This document shows, one piece after another, positions 10,290 to 18,481 of a stretch of 18,500 bases of DNA (positions are counted from its first letter, which is position 1; the number at the start of each line of letters is the position of its first letter). The notes under the pieces were generated by a model. That model made no database searches. It was given only the letters and a program-made list of their open reading frames with translations, and was not told where the DNA came from. This DNA is from Octopus sinensis (Eukaryota): contig NW_021824330.1 of the NCBI RefSeq assembly GCF_006345805.1, forward strand, positions 1-18,500, written 5' to 3'. The position numbers and the translations under genes are program-made.

Positions 10290-10541
10290 GGAGAGGTCAG
10301 ATCTGACCAGTTTGAGCATAAAACAGGATCAGATATTCGGGCTGGAAAGGGCTCCTTTAAATGTTAAAGGGTTAAATCATAACCTGCCATAGCATCAAGA
10401 TTGCAATGATGTAATTGTTTAGTTTTAGAATGACATTGTAGGGTAGGTGTGAAAGGCCGAATCTGGCTGGTTTGAACATAAAACATAGAATATTTGGGCT
10501 GGATATGGGCTGGAAATGAGGCTCCATCTTCAAAGGGTTAA
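10290..10541. mobile_element. Two tandem termini of a possible piggyBac-like non-autonomous element
   Basis: Two similar segments (GTTTGA(G/A)CATAAAACA..GGGCTGGA..) each end in AAAGGGTTAA (10366-10375, 10532-10541). AGGG followed by TTAA is the piggyBac end/target pattern. The opposite end was not found. Confidence 0.4.
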
Positions 10542-11117
10542 GGGAGACGTAACTGTTGACCCAAGTAAAACAATTGTCAGGGGAAATCTAATTATGGTTG
10601 CTTCTGATAGGTACCTAACCCTCCTAGGAATAATGGAGAAAATGGATAGAAAGTATTACAGGAATGGTGATTTGGTCTCTAATTACTATTTCCATCTTTT
10701 TATTTCACCTGCTTTATTTTTCATTTATTTTAAACTGGCTTTGTCTGGGGAAATAAGTTGTGCTGTAGCTTGGGCTTTCAAAGGTGTTTGAGATTGATGA
10801 GAGAGAGAATAACCAGACTGTCCCCCATGAGCAAGAAACATAAAAATTATAAGAAGCTTGTTGAAATTTTAGAAGATACAAATCACAAAGAGACTGGAAG
10901 CAGAGACATGGAGAGAAAAAATAAGGAAGCTACCAATCTGGTTAGGTGTGGGGTGGACAGGTGGTGCAACGACTGTGGTTTTCACAAGCCCTTTGAGATG
11001 GATGAGAGAGAATGGACCAGTCTGAATCTCAGGATGAAATATAACATAAGAAACTTGTTTGAATTTTGGAAGCAGCAAACCCCAAAGATATTAAAAGCAG
11101 CCCGTCATGTAACTAGC

Positions 11118-11788
11118 ATCCATGCCGGTGGCACATGAAAGGCACCTTTTGAGTTTTGGGCCCCACAGAGGCAATGATGAATGACTGAGATCTTTGGCAA
11201 TGTGCTGTGCTTGAGAAAAAGACCCATCAAGCCAAGTGAAATTGTAGTCGTGACAAATACCTATTTCTTTACTACCCACAAGGGGCTACACAGAGAGGGG
11301 ACAAACAAGGACAGACAAATGGATTAAGTTGACTACATCGACCCCAGTGCGTAACTGGTACTTATTTAATCGACCCCGAAAGGATGAAAGGCAAAGTTGA
11401 CCTCGGCGGAATTTGAACTCAGAAAGTGGCGCCAAGGTCGACTTTGCCTTTCATCCTTTCGGGGTCGATAAATTAAGTACCAGTTACGCACTGGGGTCGA
11501 TATAATCGACTTAATCTGTTTGTCCTCTCTGTGTTTAGCCCCTTGTGGGTAGTAAAGAAATAGGTATTTATGACAAATACTGGTGTCACACAACTGGCAC
11601 CCATGCTGGTGGCATGCCAAAGTACTGATTGTACTCTCAGAGTGGTCGGCGTTAGGAAGGGCATCCAGCCATAGAAACCATGCCAAATCAGACTGGAGTC
11701 TGGTACAGCTCCTCAACTTACCAGCCCCAGTCAAACTGTCCAACCCATGCCAGCATGAACAACGGGCATTAAATGATGATGATGATGA
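11118..11788 (+). mobile_element. Family B SINE interrupted by a palindromic family A insertion
   Basis: Family B sequence is continuous across 11260/11581 once the insert and one TSD copy are removed. It ends in (GAT)n. Confidence 0.8.
11261..11570. mobile_element. Head-to-head (tails outward) dimer of 5'-truncated family A copies with 10-bp TSD
   Basis: TGACAAATAC at 11251-11260 and 11571-11580. Minus arm 11261-11424, plus arm ~11430-11569. Confidence 0.9.
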
Positions 11789-11821
11789 GGTTAACCAAAT
11801 TGATTTGGTCTGGAATAACAT

Positions 11822-12565
11822 GGGATCTTTTTGCTTTGACCGGCAGATTTTTAACATAATTTCTAGGTAACTAAAAAATGTTAAACTTCGTATACTGGTA
11901 GAATGTGGTTATAAAACATCTTTTTCTCTTGGCTTTCTTGAGAAAATTCTGTAGTTTGTAAGATATTTGTTGTTTAATTTCTTGCATTTTGGCAATTTCA
12001 ACCAATCAATGACGTCTATCGAGGTGAATTCAATTTCTGCCGTAACATTTTCTAGCGGCGTCATATGAAAATGTCCCTGTTACATATTATATATTCATTT
12101 AAGAAACAGATTGGGTTTATTTACATTTCTGAAGAAAAAAAAGATACCCTTACCCCTAACCCTAAAACAGATTGAAATGCGATAGATCGATACTAGGGTC
12201 ATAATTATGGGTGGACACTAAAGAGGGAACAGTTTTGTTATCCAGCTCTGTTTACGAGTGACCCTCATTTTATGGTCATAGGGTATCTTTTTTCACATAA
12301 ATAACAGGGACATTTTCATATGACACCGCCAGAAAATGTTTACAGCAGAAGTTGAATTCACCTCAATAGACGTCATTGATTGGTTGAAATTGCCAAAATG
12401 CAAAAAATTAAACAACATATAGCTTACAAACTACAGAATTTTCTCAAGAACGCCAAGAGAAAAAGATGTTTTATGTAACACATTCTACCAGTATACGAAG
12501 TTTAAAAGTGTTTAGTTACATGGAAATTATTTTTAAAATCTGCCGTTTCAAAGCGAAAAGATCCA
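11822..12565. mobile_element. MITE / foldback DNA element with ~260-bp imperfect TIRs
   Basis: 11822-12082 is the reverse complement of 12302-12565 (e.g. GGCAATTTCAACCAATCAATGACGTCTAT vs ATAGACGTCATTGATTGGTTGAAATTGCC). No transposase ORF. Confidence 0.9.
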
Positions 12566-12981
12566 TAATATGTACTGTGTCTATGATTTTTTTAATAAGT
12601 TCTTTCTGAAATCAGTGAGAGATAAATGACCAGTCTGCCCCCTGGCATGAAACAAAAATAAGAAGCTTGTTCGAATTTTGATAGAAGCAAACCACAAAGA
12701 TATTGAAAGCAGCATACGACATCAAGTGAAAAAAGAAAATATATATGATATAATATACCAAATTGATTTTGGTCTGGAATAATGCTGTGCTGTGCTTATG
12801 TGTCTTAGAAGATCTTTTCGGAATCAATGAGAGAGAGAGAGAGAACGACCAGTTTGTCCTTCGGTATGAAACATAAAAATGATAAGAAGCTCATTCCAGT
12901 TTCTACAGAAGCAGACTACGAAGACATTGAAAGCAGCATACGATGACGACATTGAGTGAGAAAATATGGAAGCCACCTTAC

Positions 12982-13045
12982 CGATATTTTGTTTATTGTA
13001 TCTGTACTTACCTGGAAGAAGAGAAATAGACAGACAAAAGGTTAA
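12982..13045 (-). other. Candidate recursive splice site / 30-nt microexon
   Basis: Minus strand: TTAAC, then CTTTTGTCTGTCTATTTCTCTTCTTC-CAG|GTAAGTA, with a second donor G|GTAAGG 30 nt downstream. Motif evidence only; the host gene is not visible. Confidence 0.4.
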
Positions 13046-13167
13046 TATCAGACAATCAGAGACATCGGCAATGGACACACCGAGGGAGACTCAACGACAC
13101 AGGTAAAATTCTAGAGCAGATTTTTGGATTTTTTTTTTTTCCTCTTTTATATTCTTTTATTTGTTTT

Positions 13168-13257
13168 AGTCATCTGACTGCAGCCATGCTGGAGCATCAC
13201 CTTAATGGGTTTTTTTCTTTTTTTTAGTTGCAGAAATCGACCCCAGGACTTTATTCA
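13168..13257 (-). mobile_element. Family C tail fragment
   Basis: GTCATCTGACTGCAGCCATGCTGGAGCA..AAATCGACCCCAGGACTT is the reverse complement of the 16750-16825 region. Confidence 0.7.
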
Positions 13258-13361
13258 AAGACTAGACGGCCTAGCTGTCTTACAAGAAATCAGTAAAAAT
13301 TATTGCCTGGTCGCACACTTCAGCAACCAGGCTGGAACAAAGTGAGTACCATGAGGCTGTG

Positions 13362-13393
<32 letters not shown>

Positions 13394-13509
13394 ATGTATA
13401 TATATATATATATATATAAAGGGAAAGTTTACGTAAATAAACAAAAGACGAAGGCAGGTGGAGTACAAACAAACAAATGTATTAGTATAGCACTCAGGGA
13501 TAGAAAAAG

Positions 13510-13547
13510 TCTTTTACGTTTCGAGCCTACGCTCTTCGACAGAAAGA
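13510..13547 (-). ncRNA. Minimal type-I hammerhead-like motif, second family, core variant CUGUCGA
   Basis: Minus strand UCUUU-CUGUCGA-A-GAGC(GUAG)GCUC-GAA-ACGU-A-AAAGA: stems I and II pair and stem III is palindromic. One conserved core A (A6) is U. Confidence 0.6.
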
Positions 13548-13782
13548 TACACAGAAAAAAAACAAGGAGAGAAACAAGGAGAGAAATATATATATATATA
13601 TATTCTTCTTTTACTTTTTCTAGTCATTTCATTGCGGCCATTATTGATGATAATAGCGATGAGGATGAACATGATGATGCTGATGATGATGACGACAACA
13701 ATGATGATAATACAGTTCTATATTTAAGAGATGAGGAATTATTTACATTTGACAGATATTTGTCCTCATCTTGTTTGTTGTT

Positions 13783-13828
13783 AGCACAACATTTTGGCTG
13801 ATATACTCTCCAGCCTTCATCAGGTGTC
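13783..13828 (-). ncRNA. Decayed hammerhead copy in the inverted arm
   Basis: Minus strand GACACCTGATGAAGGCTGGAGAGTATATCAGCCAAAATGTTGTGC: the GAAAC core is changed to AAAAT, so probably inactive. Confidence 0.65.
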
Positions 13829-13877
13829 TTGGGGAAATTTCGAACCTGGGTTCTCATTCCTAAGGCAGTTTTTGATG

Positions 13878-13926
<49 letters not shown>

Positions 13927-13947
13927 AGTGACTGCCTGCAATGCCAC

Positions 13948-14018
13948 GGCCATATGGCGTAGTGGTTAAGAGCGCGGGTTGCTAACCCCAAGATTCCGAT
14001 TTTGATTCTAGGCAGTGA

Positions 14019-14022
<4 letters not shown>
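13948..14022 (+). pseudogene. tRNA-derived SINE head (Arg-like by recall; not a functional tRNA)
   Basis: A-box-like TGGCGTAGTGG, anticodon-arm-like GGG-TTGCTAA-CCC, and AAGATTCC..decayed T-arm (GATTTTGATTC). No intact acceptor stem or B-box. Confidence 0.65.
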
Positions 14023-14092
<70 letters not shown>

Positions 14093-14139
14093 TCGAAAAA
14101 TACCTTAGGAATGAGAACCCAGGTTCGAAATTTCCCCAA

Positions 14140-14182
14140 GACACCTGATGAAGGCTGGAGATTATATCAGCCGAAACGTTGT

Positions 14183-14185
<3 letters not shown>
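14140..14185 (+). ncRNA. Minimal type-I hammerhead ribozyme, intact core
   Basis: GACAC-CUGAUGA-A-GGCUG(GAGAUUAUAU)CAGCC-GAA-ACGU-U-GUGUU: stem I GACAC/GUGUU, stem II GGCUG/CAGCC, palindromic stem III ACGU. Predicted cut after GUU at 14180. Confidence 0.8.
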
Positions 14186-14225
<40 letters not shown>

Positions 14226-14272
14226 TCGAAAAATACCTTAGGAATGAGAACCCAGGTTCGAAATTTCCCCAA

Positions 14273-14318
14273 GACACCTGATGAAGGCTGGAGATTATAT
14301 CAGCCGAAACATTGTGTT
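14273..14318 (+). ncRNA. Second tandem hammerhead copy (stem III ACAU instead of ACGU)
   Basis: Identical to 14140-14185 except G>A at 14311, a CpG-type transition. Confidence 0.7.
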
Positions 14319-15029
14319 GACAACAAACAAGATGAGGACAAATATCCATCAAATGTAAATAATGAACAATGATGAAGACGATGATGATAGTGATGATAAG
14401 AATGATGATGACGATGTCGATGGTGATGACGATGATGATGAACATGAAATGATGATGATGATGAAGATGACAATGATGATAGGAATGATGACGATGGTAC
14501 ATAAGGAAGTCTGAGTGTATATTTTCTCTCTCTCTCCTGTTACTCATCACCAAAACATATCCAAACCCAGACGCTCATACACCCACAGTTTCCAAGACTA
14601 ATTCTAGCTTTCTTCGGTGCATCTCACTGCTTTATTCATTAACTTAACTTAGATTTAGCCTCGGGATGTCTAATACGACAAAATACAACACCATCAACTG
14701 AGAAGTTGCTGAAATATTAATGATTCTATAATTAAAGAATTCACTTCAATAATTCAATGATGAAGACTAATAGAATACCAGAGAGGTGAGTAAGTACATG
14801 GATCCGCTACAGAACAATCTAGAACAACAGTTATGGCTGAGTATACCTCAGGCGGTGCCAGTATGGCTTCTCTCTCTAATTAGTTGCATTCATGATTTGA
14901 TCTGATGGACTATCAAGCAGGTTCCATTCTTCTGGTTTCGCTCACAATGTCTGGGGCCGATTCCAGGCACTGGGAAGAAAATGCCAAACTCGCCCACCCC
15001 TGACTACGAAAAATGCAGCACAATGATGC

Positions 15030-15215
15030 AGAGATGTGGCTGTGAGGGTAAGAAGGCTTTCTTCCCAACCATGTGACCTTGGGTTCAGTTACACCATGGG
15101 GCACCTTGGGAAGGGGCTCAAGTGTCTGTCCCCTAATATAGGTCCAGTCAGAGATCCAAGGCCTTGTGAATGGATTTGGTAGGTGGAAACTGAAAGAAAC
15201 CCATCGTGTATGTAT
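15030..15215 (+). mobile_element. Diverged family C 5' half
   Basis: TGTGGCTGTG..GGTAAG..GGGTTCAGT..GGCACCTTGGG..GCCTTGTGAATGGATTTGGTAG..GGAAACTGAAAGAA. Confidence 0.7.
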
Positions 15216-15220
15216 ATTAC

Positions 15221-15754
15221 ATTCTGAGTTCAAATTCTGCCAAAGTACCAAAGTAAACTTTGCCTTTCATTCTTTTTTTTGGTGTGTGTGTGCGTGTGGG
15301 GGGGTCAATAAATTAAGTACCAGTTGCGTACTGAAGTCAGGTGAACTGCTTTGCGGTCTTTATGTTCTGAGTTCAAATTCCGCCAAGGTCGATTTTACCT
15401 TTCATTCTTTTGGGGCTAATAAATTAAGTACCAGTTGCATACTGGGGTTGGGTGAAATACTTAGCAGTCTTTTCATTCTCAGTTCAAATTCCGCCAAGGT
15501 CAACTTTGCCTTTCATCCTTTCAGGGGTCAATAAATTAAGTACCAGTTGCATACTGGGGTCAGGTGAAATACTTAACAGTCTTTACGTTCTCAGTTCAAA
15601 TTCCGCCAAGGTTGACTTTACCTTTCATCCTTTCGGGGGCCGATAAATTAAGTACCAGTTTGAGTACTGGGGTCAATGTAATCAACTTACCCCTTCCCCA
15701 CAAAATCCAAGCCTTGTGCCTATAGCAGAAAGGATTATTATTATTATTATTATT
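15221..15754 (+). repeat. Second family A-derived tandem array, four units (~111-112 bp; first unit expanded), ending in tail type B and (ATT)n
   Basis: TTCT(G/C)AGTTCAAATTC starts at ~15222, 15365, 15476, 15588. Confidence 0.85.
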
Positions 15755-16051
15755 GAGAAGTCTTTTTCTTGTGAGTGAGAGAGCATACGAAATAATATTT
15801 CCACACAATCCGTTTTTTGTCCCTTTTTAAGTGTCCAAGTGGTTGTAATGTGATCTACCGGACTCCAGACTGGCTGGAGTTGGTCAGCAGTTGGGGTTTT
15901 TGCTTCTTTTAAATTTGACGATGCAAAACTCTGTTGTTTCTCATTTATTTCTCTCCTTTCAACACTTCTCCAAAGAAGGAAACTGTCTGAAACATTGAGT
16001 TTTCCACTCCGCACTGCAAGTTCACCGTACTCCTTTTATTCAATTTACTAT

Positions 16052-16060
16052 ATGTGTGCA

Positions 16061-16112
<52 letters not shown>

Positions 16113-16140
16113 TGTGTGTTTGTGTGTGTGTGTGTGTTTG

Positions 16141-16205
<65 letters not shown>

Positions 16206-16330
16206 ACACAACTGACACACACACACACACACACACACTCAAGAATAACTACACATGCATAGACATAAACACACATATACTCATGAACACACACACGCAC
16301 ATACACACACATGCAGAAACATAAACACAC
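16052..16330. repeat. (GT)n immediately followed by (CA)n
   Basis: Direct inspection. Confidence 0.9.
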
Positions 16331-16349
16331 ACTGATAAGCAAAGATATA

Positions 16350-16519
16350 GGCACAGGAGTGGCTGTGTGGTAAGTAGCTTGCTTACGAACCACATGGTTC
16401 CGTGTTCAGTCCCACTGCGTGGCACCTTGGCAAGTGGCTTCTACTATAGCCTCGGGCCAACCAATGCCTTGTGAGTGGATTTGGGAGACGGAAACTGAAA
16501 GAAGCCCGTCATATATATG

Positions 16520-16564
<45 letters not shown>

Positions 16565-16830
16565 TATATATATAATATATATATATATATATAATATATA
16601 TATATATATGTATGTGTGTGTGTATATCTTTGTGTGTCTGTGTTTGTCCCTCCAACATTGCTTGACAACCAATGCTGGTGTGTTTACGTCCCCGTAACTT
16701 AGCGGTTCAGCAAAAGAGACTGATAGAATATGTACTAGGCTTGCAAAGAATAAGTCCTGGGGGTCGATTTGCTCGACTAAAGGTAGTGCTCCGGTATGGC
16801 CACAGTCAAATGACTGAAACAAGTAAAAGA
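16350..16830 (+). mobile_element. Near full-length family C tRNA-derived SINE with internal (TA)n
   Basis: A-box-like TGGCTGTGTGG, B-box-like GTTCAGTCC, GGCACCTTGGCAAG (reminiscent of the CORE-SINE CCTTGGGCAAG motif), internal microsatellite and a conserved tail ending TGACTGAAACAAGTAAAAGA. Confidence 0.85.
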
Positions 16831-17479
16831 GGGTATGAACACCCACACAAACTCCCACACACATACACACCCTTACAAACTGACACACACTAACACATAT
16901 CTACAAACACACACACACACACACACTTATGTTGTGCCTCACTTTTCTATAATTACAGCTTAATTTGTACATTTGAGTTGCTTTCTTAAGCAACTGTACT
17001 ATAATGTTATCATTTTCATTGCCCCTGTGGCGCATACTGGAAAAATCGATCGGAATGATAACATGATTACAGAGCGAAGGGAATAAAAAAAATAAATAAA
17101 ATAAAACTGAGAAAAAGAAAAAGAAAAAAGAAATGTTTCCTGATGAATGACAAAAGGTGTGGAGGTGGTATGGGAGCTGACTGATAATTGGAGAAGAACA
17201 ATTATCAAAAGTTCAATAATGAATTATAAAATAGCATTTCCCCCACCAACACCAATACTAGAATGCTGGCAAAATTATAATTTTATTTGAAATTTTATAT
17301 TTTATTTTTGCTGCTATTTTTTTTGCCCTATATTTTGTTTTTATCAAAAATATAAAAATATATATAAATATATTTAAAAAAAAAAGGTTTCTGGGCATTT
17401 AAAACAAATGTTGTTGTTGTTTTCATTTGAAATTTATACTTAGAAGGCATGATTAATTTAGTATAATAACAACGAGTTG

Positions 17480-17895
17480 CAATTGCAACAATAACACCAA
17501 TGACACCAACAAAAAGCTGAACAATAGAAGCACAACAACAACATTAGAATAATATCAACAGCTGGACCAGTATTTCAAAAACACCAGCTGCAACAACAAC
17601 AACACCAACAACAACACCGAGGGTGTGTGTTTTCCCTAATGTAAAGGCAAAACAAGCCTCCAAAAAACAAGAAACAGGGGCCCTTCTGTTTCCCCTACCT
17701 CAAACTAATATTGACACACCCTTTACAAAAACTGGATATTTAACAACTCTGCTGACCCCAGAATTGAACCTGAATCCTGAATTCTACATCGTCACAATAT
17801 GAGTATTATACTACAACCATCAACATCACCACAGTCATCGTCGTCGTAGTAGTAGTAATAGTAGTAGTAGTAATAATAATAATAATAATAAATGA
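17480..17895. repeat. Degenerate (CAA)n and (CAT)/(AGT)/(AAT)n tracts
   Basis: Direct inspection. Confidence 0.6.
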
Positions 17896-17899
17896 AAAT

Positions 17900-18128
17900 G
17901 GTGCCGAGTTGGCAGAAACGTTAGCACACCGGGAGAAATGCTTCGCAGTATTTCGTCTGTCTTTATGTTCAGAGTTCAAAATCCGCCGAGGTCGATTTTG
18001 CCTATCATCCTTTCGGGGTCGATAAATTAAATACCAGTTGCGCACTGGAGTTGATCTAATCGACTGGCCCTCTCCCCTACAAAATTTCGGGCCTTGTGCC
18101 TGGAGTAGAAAAGGATAATAATAATAAT
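17900..18128 (+). mobile_element. Full-length family A SINE with tail type B and (AAT)n end
   Basis: GGTGCCGAGTTGGCAGAAACGTTAGCAC..GAGTTCAAAATCC..GGGGTCGATAAATTAAATACCAG..GCCTTGTGCCTGGAGTAGAAAAGG(ATA)n. Confidence 0.85.
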
Positions 18129-18481
18129 GATTTCAAATTTTTTGCCACAAGGGCAGCTTGGGTGAGGGGTTTAAGTTGATTACATCGACCCCAGTGGACC
18201 CCTGGAGTCAATAAATAAAGTACTAGTTATGCACTGGGATCAATGTAATCGAATTAATCCCTTTATCTGTCCTTGTTTGTCCCCCTCTATGTTTAGCCTC
18301 TTGTGGGCAATAAAGGATATATACAATCGACCCAAGTGTTTCCACAGGTACTTAATTTATTGACCCCGAAATGATAAAAGGCAAAGCCGACCTCAGCAGA
18401 ATTAGAACTCAGAATGTAGCAACAGGCTAAATACAGCTAGGTATTTTGCTCAGTGTCCTAATGATTCTGCCAGCTCACTGC
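18129..18481 (-). mobile_element. Family A SINE (B-like tail) interrupted by a plus-strand tail-A fragment at 18197-18325
   Basis: Head at 18430-18481. The insert is flanked by ATCGACCCCAGTG (18184-18196) and ATCGACCCAAGTG (18326-18338). Confidence 0.7.

Larger units (their letters stand above)
10790..12990 (+). repeat. Old degenerate ~205-211-bp tandem repeat (at least four units) split by nested insertions
   Basis: (A/G)TGAGAGA..ACCAG(A/T)(C/T)TG..GAAA(C/T)A..TAAGAA(G/A)CT..AAAGA(T/C)ATT(G/A)AAAGCAGC-type units start near 10797, 11002, 12615 and 12826. ACCAAATTGATTT(T)GGTCTGGAATAA occurs at ~11794 and ~12757. Confidence 0.7.
13711..14364 (+). mobile_element. Composite non-autonomous retroelement: inverted 5'-truncated copy + tRNA-like head + (AAT)n + two tandem hammerhead-containing tail units
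   Basis: 13711-13937 is the reverse complement of the plus arm. 133-bp period (14092 vs 14225). Candidate 11-bp TSD AACAATGATGA at 13697-13707 and 14365-14375 inside a (GAT)n host tract. Confidence 0.8.

Noticed and set aside
10758-11138. 126-aa ORF as a repeat-protein exon
   Set aside because: The underlying DNA repeat period is 205 bp, not a multiple of 3, so the units are read in different frames.
12153-12165. Interstitial telomere or chromosome fusion site
   Set aside because: Only about two CCCTAA units, located inside a MITE.
13948-14022. Functional tRNA gene
   Set aside because: The T-arm/B-box is decayed, there is no proper acceptor stem, and it is embedded in a repeat.
14650-14795. 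Plus-strand exon ending at GAG|GTGAGT (~14787)
   Set aside because: The donor is good, but all three frames from the nearest plausible acceptors contain stops.
17135-17165. CTGATGA as a hammerhead core
   Set aside because: No stem II or downstream GAAA.
211-18045. All ORFs in the six-frame track as protein-coding genes
   Set aside because: They translate microsatellites (YIYI, CVCV, DDD, III) or SINE bodies, many lack an ATG start, and none shows a recognisable domain.
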